A stretch of 64,000 bases of DNA from Sphingomonadaceae bacterium. Lineage in GTDB: Bacteria; Pseudomonadota; Alphaproteobacteria; Sphingomonadales; Sphingomonadaceae. The stretch lies in NCBI GenBank assembly GCA_041396905.1, contig JAWKXQ010000009.1, positions 26,223-90,222 of the forward strand, written 5' to 3'. Below, piece by piece: positions 1 through 9,037 of the stretch. The first letter of the stretch is position 1, and the number at the start of each line of letters is the position of its first letter. Under the pieces are notes generated by a model that ran no database searches, was not told the origin of the DNA, and worked only from the letters and a program-made list of their open reading frames with translations. The translations under genes and the position numbers were made by a program.

Positions 1-8
1 GCCTTTTC

Positions 9-16
9 TTACGCGA
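9..16. promoter_or_regulatory. Possible right half-site (TTACGCGA) of the recurrent TTGCGTAA-N16-TTACGCAA operator; the left half would lie beyond the window edge
   Basis: 7/8 match to TTACGCAA, 38 nt upstream of the ATG at 54. The partner half cannot be seen. Confidence 0.2.
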
Positions 17-53
17 ACAATAGAGTGTTCTCCCACTGGAGAGGGAGAGAATC

Positions 54-923
54 ATGGCCGGACTGGCAATGGCGCCCACGGGGCAGGGCTTTGGCGCTCT
101 GGTGGAAGGGCTGGACATTCCCCGGGCAACTGGCAGCGAGCTGGATCAATGCCGCCAATGGCTGTTTGAACACGGCGCCCTGTTCATTCGCGGGCAGGAG
201 CTTGACCCGCAGGCGCAGATTGACTTTGCCGAGGCGCTGGGCACGATTGTGGTTAATCGCTTCTTCACACCCGTTCCCGGCTTTCCCAAAGTCGCCCAAT
301 TACTGACCGAGCCGACGCAGGACTGGATCATCGGGGAAAACTGGCACACTGACCATTCCTATGATGTGGTCCCGGCACTCGGCTCGATCCTCTATGCGGT
401 AGAGGTTCCGCCAGTGGGGGGTGACACGCAATTTATCGGCATGCAGCCGGCCTATGACAGCTTGCCGCCTGATTTGAAGGAGCGGATCGAAGGGCTCATG
501 GCCCGCCATGAAAGCGCGCATATCTTCGCGCCAAGCGAAGCGATCCGACTGGAAGAGGCGGCGGAGCGCAATGATGGCAATTACATGGAACGCGCAGCGA
601 CCTATCCCGAGGCGGTTCATCCTGTGGTGCTGAGCCACCCGGAAACCGGGCGCAAGGGCTTGTACGTCAATCCCGAATTCACCACCGGCATTGTGGATAT
701 GGACAAGGAAGAGGGCGATGCACTGTTGCAGCAGCTCTATGACCATATTTTGCAGCCGCAGTTCCGCTATGTATGGAAATGGCAACCCGGCTCGCTTGCC
801 CTGTGGGATAATCGCTCGACTTGGCATAAGGCGATGAATGACCATCGTGGGCATCGTCGACTGATGCGGCGGATTACGCTGGAAGGGGTGCCATTGGATC
901 AGGGAGCCAGAGCAGCGGCATGA
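54..923 (+). CDS. TauD/TfdA-family Fe(II)/2-oxoglutarate-dependent dioxygenase (taurine or sulfate-ester dioxygenase-like)
   Basis: 289-aa ORF with GGGAGAG Shine-Dalgarno before the ATG. WHTDHSYD (His-x-Asp iron ligands) and C-terminal WDNRSTWHKA are typical of the TauD/TfdA family. Confidence 0.85.
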   Translation: MAGLAMAPTGQGFGALVEGLDIPRATGSELDQCRQWLFEHGALFIRGQELDPQAQIDFAEALGTIVVNRFFTPVPGFPKVAQLLTEPTQDWIIGENWHTDHSYDVVPALGSILYAVEVPPVGGDTQFIGMQPAYDSLPPDLKERIEGLMARHESAHIFAPSEAIRLEEAAERNDGNYMERAATYPEAVHPVVLSHPETGRKGLYVNPEFTTGIVDMDKEEGDALLQQLYDHILQPQFRYVWKWQPGSLALWDNRSTWHKAMNDHRGHRRLMRRITLEGVPLDQGARAAA

Positions 924-1882
924 GTGGAGCAGATGATCCGGTCCGCACCTTTCGCAATGCGCTGGGGGCCTTTGCCACGGGCGTGACCATTGCGACCACG
1001 CTGGATGGAGAGGGGCAGCCGGTGGGTGTTACAGCCAGCAGCTTCAACTCGGTCAGCCTCGACCCGCCGCTGGTGCTGTGGTCGCTCGCCAAATCCAGCC
1101 TCTCGCGAGAGGCATTCTGCGGCAGCGGGCATTTTGCCGTGCATGTGCTGGCTGCGACGCAGGAAGACCTTTCCAACCGCTTTGCCAGATCGGGTGATGA
1201 CAAATTTGCCGGGGTGGACTGGTCCGGCGGGCAGCTGGGTTCGCCATTGCTGGCCGATTTTGCGGCGCGGTTTGAATGCCGCACTCAGCACCAATATGAA
1301 GGGGGCGATCACATCATCCTGGTGGGCGAAGTGATCGATTATGAAGCGCGCGAGGCCGCGCCGCTGCTGTTTCACGGCGGGAGTTATGCCGAACGTCGCC
1401 CGCGTACGCGCAGCGCCGGTGATCCCCCCTCGGTCGATCTGGAACACGGCAATTTCAGCGACGATTTCCTGTTCTACCTGCTCAGCCGCGCGCATTTCCA
1501 GACGTCACGCCCCACGCGGGAAAAGCTGGCGGAAATGGGTCTGTCGATGAGCGAATATCTGACGTTGGCCTTGCTGACGATGGAATCGCCCTTGTCAGCC
1601 TCTGCCATTGCCGAGCGGCTGGGCCACACCGGCCATGAACCGGCGTCAGACCATTTTGCGCGGCTGGCGGAGCAAGGCCTGATTACTGGCACTGCCGATG
1701 GCTATGATCTCGCTCCGGCGGGGCGCGATGTGTTTGTTGCCACGCTCGCCTTTGGCAAGGCGCTGGAAGCGGATCTGGCCGATCACTTTACCGAAGCCGA
1801 AATTGCCGAGACCAAGCGCGTATTGCGCCGGATTATTGAACTGACGGGTGAAGATGTGCCGATTGGCTGGCGTAATGGCTAG
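920..1882 (+). CDS. Fusion protein: N-terminal flavin reductase (HpaC/HsaB-like FMN-binding split barrel) and C-terminal MarR-like winged helix-turn-helix
   Basis: ATGA start/stop overlap with the upstream gene. N-terminal FRNALGAFATGVTIATT...SFNSVSLDPPLVLWSL is a flavin reductase domain signature. The C-terminal about 140 aa (LSMSEYLTLALL...SASAIAERLG...LAEQGLI) resembles a MarR wHTH. Confidence 0.75.
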   Translation: MSGADDPVRTFRNALGAFATGVTIATTLDGEGQPVGVTASSFNSVSLDPPLVLWSLAKSSLSREAFCGSGHFAVHVLAATQEDLSNRFARSGDDKFAGVDWSGGQLGSPLLADFAARFECRTQHQYEGGDHIILVGEVIDYEAREAAPLLFHGGSYAERRPRTRSAGDPPSVDLEHGNFSDDFLFYLLSRAHFQTSRPTREKLAEMGLSMSEYLTLALLTMESPLSASAIAERLGHTGHEPASDHFARLAEQGLITGTADGYDLAPAGRDVFVATLAFGKALEADLADHFTEAEIAETKRVLRRIIELTGEDVPIGWRNG

Positions 1883-1938
1883 CCGTGGCCAATTGCCGAT
1901 TGGCATTCATGTCGGCAGCGTATGGATGAACAGGAAAA

Positions 1939-2376
1939 ATGCTGGCCATGCATACTAATTCTGCACCGTCACCTGAATGGACGGAAATCAACATCCCCGC
2001 CAATTTTCCTGCGCGGCTAGGCAGATTGTGGGTGAAGCAAGCAGCGCAGAGTGAGCCCATTCTGGGTGTCCGGATCGAGCCCGAGGATTGCAACAGCGAA
2101 ATGTTCGCCCATGGCGGTTTCCTGCTCGCCTTTGCCGATATTGCGCTGTCTGTCTCGATCCTTGGTGTCACGTTGAGCATGTCTGCCGATTTCATGAGAG
2201 CGGCACCTGTTGGCAGTTGGCTCGAAGCCCATGTCGAAATTCGCAAACGGTCAAGGAATCTGATCTTTGCCGAATTGCTGGGCAATGTATCGGGCAAAGA
2301 CGTCTTGCGGGTTAGTGGCGTGTTCAAACCGCTCGACACTGTGCCGCAATGGCATGCGGACATATTCGGCTCTTAG
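1939..2376 (+). CDS. PaaI/hotdog-fold acyl-CoA thioesterase
   Basis: 145 aa. The HGGFLLAFADIALS motif and size are typical of PaaI-family thioesterases. Confidence 0.7.
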   Translation: MLAMHTNSAPSPEWTEINIPANFPARLGRLWVKQAAQSEPILGVRIEPEDCNSEMFAHGGFLLAFADIALSVSILGVTLSMSADFMRAAPVGSWLEAHVEIRKRSRNLIFAELLGNVSGKDVLRVSGVFKPLDTVPQWHADIFGS

Positions 2377-2427
2377 AGCACATTCCGACCAATCACGGTG
2401 ACCCAGACTAGTCGGAATGTGCTCTAA
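2373..2427. terminator. 17-bp perfect inverted repeat (TTAGAGCACATTCCGAC / GTCGGAATGTGCTCTAA) with a 21-nt loop between convergent genes; possible bidirectional terminator or REP-like element
   Basis: Arms at 2373-2389 and 2411-2427 read directly. It sits exactly between the stop at 2374-2376 (+) and the stop at 2431-2433 (-). There is no U-tract. Confidence 0.4.
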
Positions 2428-2430
2428 TAT

Positions 2431-3963
2431 TCAGCTCTGGCGCAGTTCCGTCTTCAGCACCTTGCCCGATGCGTTGAGTGGCAATGCCTCGACCACTTCC
2501 ACCAGACGCGGGACCTTGTAATTGGCCATATTCTCTCGTGCCCAGCTGATAAGTTCCGCAGGCTCCGGCGCAGTGCCGGGGTGGGGTACGATAAAGGCCT
2601 TGCCAATCTCGCCCATCCGTTCATCCGGCACGCCGATCACGGCGACCATGCCCACTTGCGGATGGTCTGCCAGCAGCTTTTCAATTTCCGCCGGATAGCA
2701 ATTGAACCCGCCGGAAATATACATGTCCTTCATCCGGTCGGTGATGCGGACATAGCCATCTGCATCCATCACGCCGATATCGCCTGTATGCAGCCACCCG
2801 TCAGCATCAATCGCTTCGGCTGTGGCCTCTGCATCGTCGAGATAACCCTTCATCACGCTATAGCCGCGCACATGGATTTCGCCGGTTTCGCCGCGTGGCA
2901 GTTCCTGCCCGTCCTCGCCTGCGATCTTCACTTCCAGACCGGGGATTGCCTTGCCCACGCTGGTGGCGATCAGCTCTGCATCATCCCCCCGGCGGCAAGC
3001 AGTGATGGTGGTGCATTCGGTCATGCCATAGGCGGTGACGGTGTCCACCAGCCCCAGCTCGCTGCGCATGCGGCGGATCAGTTCAGGAGGTACGCTGGCC
3101 GCGCCGGTTGCCGCGCCGCGTAGTGACGAGGTGTCGAAATCCCGCTCAGCCTTAGCCGCCAGCAGCGACTGGTAGATGGTCGGAGGGCCGGGCAGGAAAT
3201 TGATCTTCTCCCGCTCGATCACGCGGATCACTTCCGGGATGTCGAAGCTGGCCTGCGGCACGATCACGGCACCGGCGATCAGCGCGGCGACCCAGCCTGC
3301 CTTGTAGCCAAAACTGTGAAAGAAGGGGTTGATGATCAGATAGCGCTCACCCGCCTGCAGCCCCATCACTTCCACCCAATGGCGGAACATGGGCACGATC
3401 CGGTCATGGGTGGTGATCACCCCCTTGGGCGAACCGGTGGTGCCGCTGGTGAACATGATGTCTGACACATCTTCAGGCTTGAGCCGGGCGAGGGCAGCAT
3501 CAACCGCCGCATCAGCCGCGCCTTTGCCCTGCGCCAGGAATCCTTCCAGATCGCGCCCGATCACCAGCACGCGCTGCAAATCGGGCAAAGCCTCGCCTTC
3601 CAGAAGTGCCGCGTAATCCGTGTCGAGGAAGTCATCGACAGTGAACAGCAACTTTGCCTGTGTCCGGCGCAATATGTCGCCCGCTTCACGCCCCTTCAGC
3701 CGGGTGTTGAGAGGGACAATGGCTGCACCCACGGTCAGCGCGCCCAGCGCGACGACGATCCATTCGCGGCAATTCGGGGCCCAGATGCCAATCCGGTCCC
3801 CATGGGTGATCCCAGCCGCAAGAAAGGCCGAGGCCGCCGCGCGCCCGCGCGCCCATAATTCGGCAAAGCTCCAGCTCTCGCCGTCTTCGATCAGGCCGGG
3901 CGCATCGCCCCATCGGGCCGCTGCATATTCAGCCACATGGGGGATGGTTTCCGGCTGCGTCAT
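2431..3963 (-). CDS. AMP-dependent acyl-CoA synthetase (candidate HIP-CoA/steroid-acid CoA ligase, FadD3-like by context)
   Basis: Motifs FTSGTTGSPKGV and TGDIGVMDADGYVRITDRMKDMYISGGFN. The start is trimmed to MTQPE (ATG at 3963), 1 nt after the upstream thiolase stop. The longer ORF to 4029 would overlap the thiolase. Confidence 0.85.
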   Translation of the reverse strand: MTQPETIPHVAEYAAARWGDAPGLIEDGESWSFAELWARGRAAASAFLAAGITHGDRIGIWAPNCREWIVVALGALTVGAAIVPLNTRLKGREAGDILRRTQAKLLFTVDDFLDTDYAALLEGEALPDLQRVLVIGRDLEGFLAQGKGAADAAVDAALARLKPEDVSDIMFTSGTTGSPKGVITTHDRIVPMFRHWVEVMGLQAGERYLIINPFFHSFGYKAGWVAALIAGAVIVPQASFDIPEVIRVIEREKINFLPGPPTIYQSLLAAKAERDFDTSSLRGAATGAASVPPELIRRMRSELGLVDTVTAYGMTECTTITACRRGDDAELIATSVGKAIPGLEVKIAGEDGQELPRGETGEIHVRGYSVMKGYLDDAEATAEAIDADGWLHTGDIGVMDADGYVRITDRMKDMYISGGFNCYPAEIEKLLADHPQVGMVAVIGVPDERMGEIGKAFIVPHPGTAPEPAELISWARENMANYKVPRLVEVVEALPLNASGKVLKTELRQS

Positions 3964-3964
3964 C

Positions 3965-5167
3965 TCAGGCGACCTCGAACAGCCCGGCAGCACCCATGCC
4001 ACCCGCCACGCACATGGACACGACGACATATTTGACGCCGCGCCGCTTCCCTTCGATCAGCGCATGGCCGACCAGACGGCTGCCGGTCATGCCGAAGGGA
4101 TGGCCCAGCGCAATCGCGCCGCCATTCACATTCAGGATTGCCGGGTCGATATCCAGCTTGCGCTGGCAATAGAGCGCCTGACTGGCAAAGGCTTCGTTGA
4201 TTTCGAACAGGCCGATATCGGAGATTTTCAGGCCCGCGCGATCAAGCAGTTTGGGGATGGCGAAGACCGGGCCGATGCCCATTTCCTCCGGTCCGCAACC
4301 AGCGACCTGAAACCCGCGATAAATGCCCAGCACGGGCAGGTTCTCGCGCTGTGCGGTGGCGAGGTCCATCACCACCTGCGCCGATGCCCCGTCAGACAGC
4401 TGGCTGGCATTGCCCGCGGTGATGTGCTGGCCCTCGGCGACGTGCAGCCCGTTCTTGAAGACGGGCTTCAGGCTGGACAATGCCTCGTAGGTGGTGCCCG
4501 CGCGCACGCCTTCATCTTTGGCGAGGGTTACCTCTTCCTTGCCGGTTTCATTGCCTTCCTTGTCGAACAGCGCCTTGGTGACAGTGATCGGCGCGATTTC
4601 ATCGTCAAACGCGCCCGCTTCCTGTGCGGCGGCGGCGCGCTGCTGGCTTGTGGCGGCGAATTGATCCTGATTCTCGCGGCTCACGCCATAGCGGTCCGCC
4701 ACGATCTCAGCCGTTTCGATCATCGCCATATAGGCATCGGGTTCGACCGAGTTGATATAGGTGCTGCGGTTGCGGAATTGCGGCGTGTGCTTGTTGAGCG
4801 TGAGCGAGATCGTTTCCATCCCGCCTGCCACGGCGCAGTCCAGCTCATCACACATGATCCCGCGCGCAGCCAGCGCGATGGCGTTCATGCCCGAAGAGCA
4901 TTTGCGATCCATGGTGAAGCCGCCCGTGTCGTTGGACAGTTTCGACCCATGCACAGTCAACCGGCCGAGATTGTAGCTCTGCGTGTTCCAGTGATTGCCG
5001 ACCCCGAGATAGAGGTCATCCACCCGCGCAGGGTCGATCCCCGCCCGGTCCAGCGCGGCATTGACCACGTGGGACGACAGGACAGGTGCTTCGGTATCGT
5101 TGAAGGCCCCGCGATAGGCCTTGCCGATGCCGGTGCGGGCGGTGGAGATAATGGCTGCTTCGCGCAT
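3965..5167 (-). CDS. Thiolase (acetyl-CoA C-acyltransferase; FadA5/FadA6-like by context)
   Basis: Start trimmed to [18 protein letters not shown], preceded by GAGAGGA. Has the active-site [18 protein letters not shown] and C-terminal MCVAGGMG. Confidence 0.9.
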   Translation of the reverse strand: MREAAIISTARTGIGKAYRGAFNDTEAPVLSSHVVNAALDRAGIDPARVDDLYLGVGNHWNTQSYNLGRLTVHGSKLSNDTGGFTMDRKCSSGMNAIALAARGIMCDELDCAVAGGMETISLTLNKHTPQFRNRSTYINSVEPDAYMAMIETAEIVADRYGVSRENQDQFAATSQQRAAAAQEAGAFDDEIAPITVTKALFDKEGNETGKEEVTLAKDEGVRAGTTYEALSSLKPVFKNGLHVAEGQHITAGNASQLSDGASAQVVMDLATAQRENLPVLGIYRGFQVAGCGPEEMGIGPVFAIPKLLDRAGLKISDIGLFEINEAFASQALYCQRKLDIDPAILNVNGGAIALGHPFGMTGSRLVGHALIEGKRRGVKYVVVSMCVAGGMGAAGLFEVA

Positions 5168-5180
5168 GGGAATGATCCTC

Positions 5181-5558
5181 TCAGGAAATGTCGTGCATAT
5201 TGCCGGGGCCCCAGAAGGCCCGCATTTCGATAACTTTGCCGTCTTCGTCAAAGCGGAATGTGTCGATCACGTCGATCCGCTTCTGCGAGCCTTCCCACTC
5301 CAGCAGAACGGCGAAGGGAAACACCGCATAGTCAGCCGCAAGCCGCACCGGTCCCAGCAATTCCAGCTTCGCGCCGGTCGCCATGGATCCCTGATAAAAC
5401 GGCAGAATTTCCGCCTTCCCCTGCTTGATCGGGGTGCCCACCGGGTCTTCCACCGTGGCATTATCGGCAAAGATCGCCACGGCACGTTCCGCATTGCCTT
5501 CGGCAAAGGCGGCGACATATTCGTGAACGGCGGCTTCCATCCTGGCGGGATCGGGCAT
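5181..5558 (-). CDS. ksi: 3-ketosteroid delta5-isomerase (KSI)
   Basis: 125 aa, collinear with my memory of Comamonas testosteroni KSI ([12 protein letters not shown], IDxFRF). Tyr14, Asp38 and Asp99 fall at identical positions. Start trimmed to [11 protein letters not shown] (ATG at 5558). Confidence 0.85.
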   Translation of the reverse strand: MPDPARMEAAVHEYVAAFAEGNAERAVAIFADNATVEDPVGTPIKQGKAEILPFYQGSMATGAKLELLGPVRLAADYAVFPFAVLLEWEGSQKRIDVIDTFRFDEDGKVIEMRAFWGPGNMHDIS

Positions 5559-5563
5559 GATGC

Positions 5564-6022
5564 TTACTCCGGATAATAGCGGCTGATCGTATCGACCACG
5601 CAGGCGGGTTTCTCTTCGCCTTCGATCTCTACCGTAACGCGCACGACCGACTGGATCGCACCCTTCACTTCCTCGACCGTAACAATCTCTCCCGTGCCGC
5701 GAATGCGCGCGCCGCATTTCACCGGGTTGAGAAAGCGCAGCCGGTCTGCCCCGACATTCACCGCATGGCTAAAACCGCGCACTTCGATCAGCTGGGGCAG
5801 GAAGTGGTTGACCAGGCTCATCGTCAGATAGCCATGGGCGATGGTGGTGCCGAAGGGGCCGCTGGCAGCTTTCTCCGCATCCACATGGATCCACTGTCGG
5901 TCTTCAGTCACTTCAGCAAAGCCGTCGATCCGGTCCTGTTCGATAGTCAGCCAGTCGGATGGGCCGAGCGCGGTGCCTTCGCTGCCGATCAGATCGCGCG
6001 GGCTGGTGTAGATTTTCGGCAT
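5564..6022 (-). CDS. MaoC-like (R)-specific enoyl-CoA hydratase (hotdog fold)
   Basis: 152 aa. FAEVTEDRQWIHVDAEKAASGPFGTTIAHGYLT is a MaoC dehydratase signature. Confidence 0.85.
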   Translation of the reverse strand: MPKIYTSPRDLIGSEGTALGPSDWLTIEQDRIDGFAEVTEDRQWIHVDAEKAASGPFGTTIAHGYLTMSLVNHFLPQLIEVRGFSHAVNVGADRLRFLNPVKCGARIRGTGEIVTVEEVKGAIQSVVRVTVEIEGEEKPACVVDTISRYYPE

Positions 6023-6024
6023 GC

Positions 6025-6807
6025 TCAGGCCCTCTGGCTGGAGACGGAGAGGACTTCGCCCGTCATGTAGCTGGCAAGGTCAGAGGCGAGGAAGATCATC
6101 GCATTGGCGACTTCCCACACTTCCGCCGGGCGGCCAAAGGCTTCACGCGAGGAAAGCTCTGCCAGCAGATCATCCGTGGTCACTTTGGCGAGGAAGGCGT
6201 GCATCGCGATGGAGGGGGCGACCGCGTTGATCCGCACGCCAAACTCCGCCGCTTCCACGGCCGAACAGCGGGTAAAGGCCATGACGCCAGCCTTCGCCGC
6301 GGCATAATGCGCCTGCCCCTTTTGCGCCCGCCAGCCGAGGACGGAGGCGTTGTTGACGATGGCTCCGCGCTTTCGTTCCTGCATATGCGGCAGGAAAGCG
6401 CGGGTCATGCGGAAGACTGAATTGAGCGTCACATCCAGCACGCGGTGCCATTGATCATCGGTCATATCGACCACCGGCACTTCACCGCCAAGCCCGGCAT
6501 TGTTGATCAGCACATCGACATGGCCGAGTCCTGTGATGGCCGCATCGCGCAAAGCCTCGACCTGATCCTGCTGCGTCACATCGCACAGGCAGGTGAGTGG
6601 GCGTTCGCAGCCCACTTCCTCTGCAATCCGGTCTGCCGCTTCGCCCAGCCGCCGCTCGTGAAAGTCGGAGATCAGCACGCGCGCACCTTCTTCGGCAGCG
6701 CGTTTGGCCACGGCGTAGCCGATGCCGGTCCCGGCAGCCGCGGTAACGACCACTGTCTGCCCTTTGAGCAGGTCGCGGGCGGGTGGATAGGCGGGGGTCA
6801 GGCTCAT
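6025..6807 (-). CDS. SDR-family oxidoreductase (hydroxyacyl-CoA dehydrogenase-like, IpdF-like by context)
   Basis: VVVTAAAGTGIGYAVAKR Rossmann motif and NNAG, YAAAK catalytic motif. ATGA overlap with the upstream ACAD. Confidence 0.85.
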   Translation of the reverse strand: MSLTPAYPPARDLLKGQTVVVTAAAGTGIGYAVAKRAAEEGARVLISDFHERRLGEAADRIAEEVGCERPLTCLCDVTQQDQVEALRDAAITGLGHVDVLINNAGLGGEVPVVDMTDDQWHRVLDVTLNSVFRMTRAFLPHMQERKRGAIVNNASVLGWRAQKGQAHYAAAKAGVMAFTRCSAVEAAEFGVRINAVAPSIAMHAFLAKVTTDDLLAELSSREAFGRPAEVWEVANAMIFLASDLASYMTGEVLSVSSQRA

Positions 6808-7982
6808 TTGTCCCCCCTCGGCTCGCGCGGCAGGCCCAGACCACGTTCTGCGATCAGATTGCGCTGGATCTGGTTGGTTCCGCCATAGATCGTGTCAGCC
6901 CGCGAATAGAGGAACAGATTGGGCAACACGGACCATTCGTAATTCGGATTATCCGTCACTTCGCCCGCCTGACCCAGCACGTCCATCGCCAGTTCGCCCA
7001 GGCTGCGGCGCCAGCTGGCCCACTGAATCTTGTAGGTAAGCGCAGCCCCGTCCACCTTGCTGTGATCGGTGTTGGAGAGCATCCGCAGCGCGCCATAGCG
7101 CATCAGCCGCAGCCCGGTTTCCGCCTTGGCGATCCGCTGGCGGATCAGCGGGTCATTGGCTGCGCCATTGGCCTTGGCGGCGGCAATGATCTCATCCAGC
7201 TCGTTGCGGAAAGCCATTTGCTGGCCCAGCGTGGACACGCCGCGTTCAAAGCTGAGCAGGCCCATGGCGATCTTCCAGCCATCGCCGACAGCGCCGATCA
7301 GGCTGTCTTCCGGGCAGCGTGCGCCATCGAAGAAGGTCTCGTTGAACTCCGCATCGCCATTGATCTGTTCGATCGGGCGCACTTCGATCCCCGGCTGATC
7401 CAGCTCCATCATCAGGAAGGTCAGCCCCTTGGGGCCTTTGGAGCCTTCTTCGGTACGGGTGACAACAAAGATCCAGTCGGAAATATGCGCAAGGCTGGTC
7501 CAGATTTTCTGGCCATCCACGACCCATTCCCCATTTTCCAGCCGCCCCTTGGTGCGGACACTGGCAAGGTCGGACCCGGCATTGGGTTCGGAAAAGCCCT
7601 GGCAGAAAATAGTCTTGCCTGCGGCAATATCGGGCAAGAAGCGTTGCTTCTGCTCTTCCGTGCCGAAGGTGAGTATGGTTGGCCCGGCCAGCTCGATCCC
7701 GATATGATTGACCCGGCCCGGCACGCCCGCACGGGCATATTCCTCGGCAAAGATCACCTGCTGGGCCAGTGTCGCCCCGCGGCCGCCCCATTGCCTGGGC
7801 CAGCCGATGCAGGACCAGCCATGCTCGCCCAGATGCTGTTCCCATTCCTTGCGCCGCTCTGCCTTTTCCGTGAGCGTGGTGATGCCCTTGATGTCGGCAA
7901 ATTCGCCAGACATCTGAGCGTTGAGCCAGTCGGCGCATTCTTCGCGGAACTGCTCTTCCTCGGGCGAAAATCCCAGCTTCAT
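6804..7982 (-). CDS. Acyl-CoA dehydrogenase
   Basis: 392 aa with ACAD N-terminal/middle/C-terminal pattern (FSEPNAGSDL, TIYGGTNQIQRNLI). ATGA overlaps on both sides. Confidence 0.9.
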   Translation of the reverse strand: MKLGFSPEEEQFREECADWLNAQMSGEFADIKGITTLTEKAERRKEWEQHLGEHGWSCIGWPRQWGGRGATLAQQVIFAEEYARAGVPGRVNHIGIELAGPTILTFGTEEQKQRFLPDIAAGKTIFCQGFSEPNAGSDLASVRTKGRLENGEWVVDGQKIWTSLAHISDWIFVVTRTEEGSKGPKGLTFLMMELDQPGIEVRPIEQINGDAEFNETFFDGARCPEDSLIGAVGDGWKIAMGLLSFERGVSTLGQQMAFRNELDEIIAAAKANGAANDPLIRQRIAKAETGLRLMRYGALRMLSNTDHSKVDGAALTYKIQWASWRRSLGELAMDVLGQAGEVTDNPNYEWSVLPNLFLYSRADTIYGGTNQIQRNLIAERGLGLPREPRGDK

Positions 7983-9037
7983 GCCGCTTCTCCCAAAATC
8001 ATCGTGGCCAGCTGTTCACGGTGCCAGTTGCCATCACCCAGCATGCTCTGCAGCGCACGGGCGCGTTTGAAATAGAGATGCGCGTCATGTTCCCAGGTGA
8101 AGCCGATCCCGCCATGCAGCTGGATCATGTCCCCGGCACATTTGAACGCAGTATCGGCGGCAAAGCTCTTGGCGGCATGCACGGCCATGGCCGCTTCGTC
8201 AGAGCCTTCATCGACCGCGCAGGCTGCCCAATAGACGGCTGAGCGCGCCTGTTCGATTTCCACCACCATGTCAGCCAGACGATGCTTGTACGCCTGATAG
8301 GAACCAATCTGGCGGCCAAACTGCACCCGCTCCAGCGAATAGGCCACTGTGCGGTCCAGCGCAGCCTGTGCAAGGCCCAGCCCCTCTGCCGCCACCGCCA
8401 CAAAGCCCGCACGATGTGCAGCGGCCAGCGCGGCTGCGGGATCGGCCAGCGGATCGCCCTCTGCGCCGTCCAGCGTGACTTTTGTATAAGGGCGGGTCTG
8501 GTCCATCGTGGTCTGCGTGGTGACAGTCACACAAGGCGCATTGGCCGCCACGACCCATGCGCCTGTATTGCTGGTCACGACAAAATGGCTCGCGCTGCCG
8601 CCATGGGCGACAAAACCAGCCGCGCCGGTCAGGCTGTCGCCGCTGGCAGAGAGAGAAGCATCATGGACATAGGCGGCAATGCTGTCCCCGCTCAACAAAG
8701 CGGGCAGCAGATCGGCCTGCTGGCTGGCACTGCCGCCAGCGGCCAGCGCCTGCCCGCACAGCACCAAACTGCCCAGATGGGGCAGGGCGGCCACTTGCGC
8801 GCCAGCGGCTTCAGCGATGATCGCCAGCTCCACCATGCCCAGGCCCGCGCCACCCAGCTCTTCGCTGATGGCAATACCGGACAGGCCTAGCTCCGTGCAG
8901 AAATCACTCCATAATTGCGCGTCGATCCCGTCAGCAGCCATCGCCTTGCGGGTGCGTTCACTGGTGGCGTTCTCGCTGAAGAAAGCCTGCGCAGTCTCCG
9001 CGATCATCTGCTGTTCGTCAGTAAAGGCGAAATCCAT
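7979..9037 (-). CDS. Acyl-CoA dehydrogenase (probable partner subunit of 6804-7982)
   Basis: Start trimmed to MDFAFTDEQQMIAET (ATG at 9037, 1-nt overlap with the upstream stop). The extension to 9598 would overlap the SDR gene. The C-terminal region is ACAD-like (QLHGGIGFTWEHDAHLYFKRA). Confidence 0.85.
   Translation of the reverse strand: MDFAFTDEQQMIAETAQAFFSENATSERTRKAMAADGIDAQLWSDFCTELGLSGIAISEELGGAGLGMVELAIIAEAAGAQVAALPHLGSLVLCGQALAAGGSASQQADLLPALLSGDSIAAYVHDASLSASGDSLTGAAGFVAHGGSASHFVVTSNTGAWVVAANAPCVTVTTQTTMDQTRPYTKVTLDGAEGDPLADPAAALAAAHRAGFVAVAAEGLGLAQAALDRTVAYSLERVQFGRQIGSYQAYKHRLADMVVEIEQARSAVYWAACAVDEGSDEAAMAVHAAKSFAADTAFKCAGDMIQLHGGIGFTWEHDAHLYFKRARALQSMLGDGNWHREQLATMILGEAA

Noticed and set aside
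1883-1938. GCCAAT-N5-ATTGGC inverted repeat after the flavin-reductase-MarR gene
   Set aside because: The stem is only 6 bp, there is no U-tract and it does not recur. This is not enough for a terminator or operator call.
3620-5233. 537-aa ORF on the plus strand, and similar long antisense ORFs (for example 6783-8075, 13535-14863, 16369-17757, 28571-29869, 21062-22099, 21975-22952, 24937-26037, 44243-45733, 55115-56233)
   Set aside because: Each lies fully opposite a gene with clear family motifs. Their translations are Arg/Ala/Gly/His-rich and low in complexity, with no recognisable motifs. This is typical of shadow ORFs in high-GC DNA.
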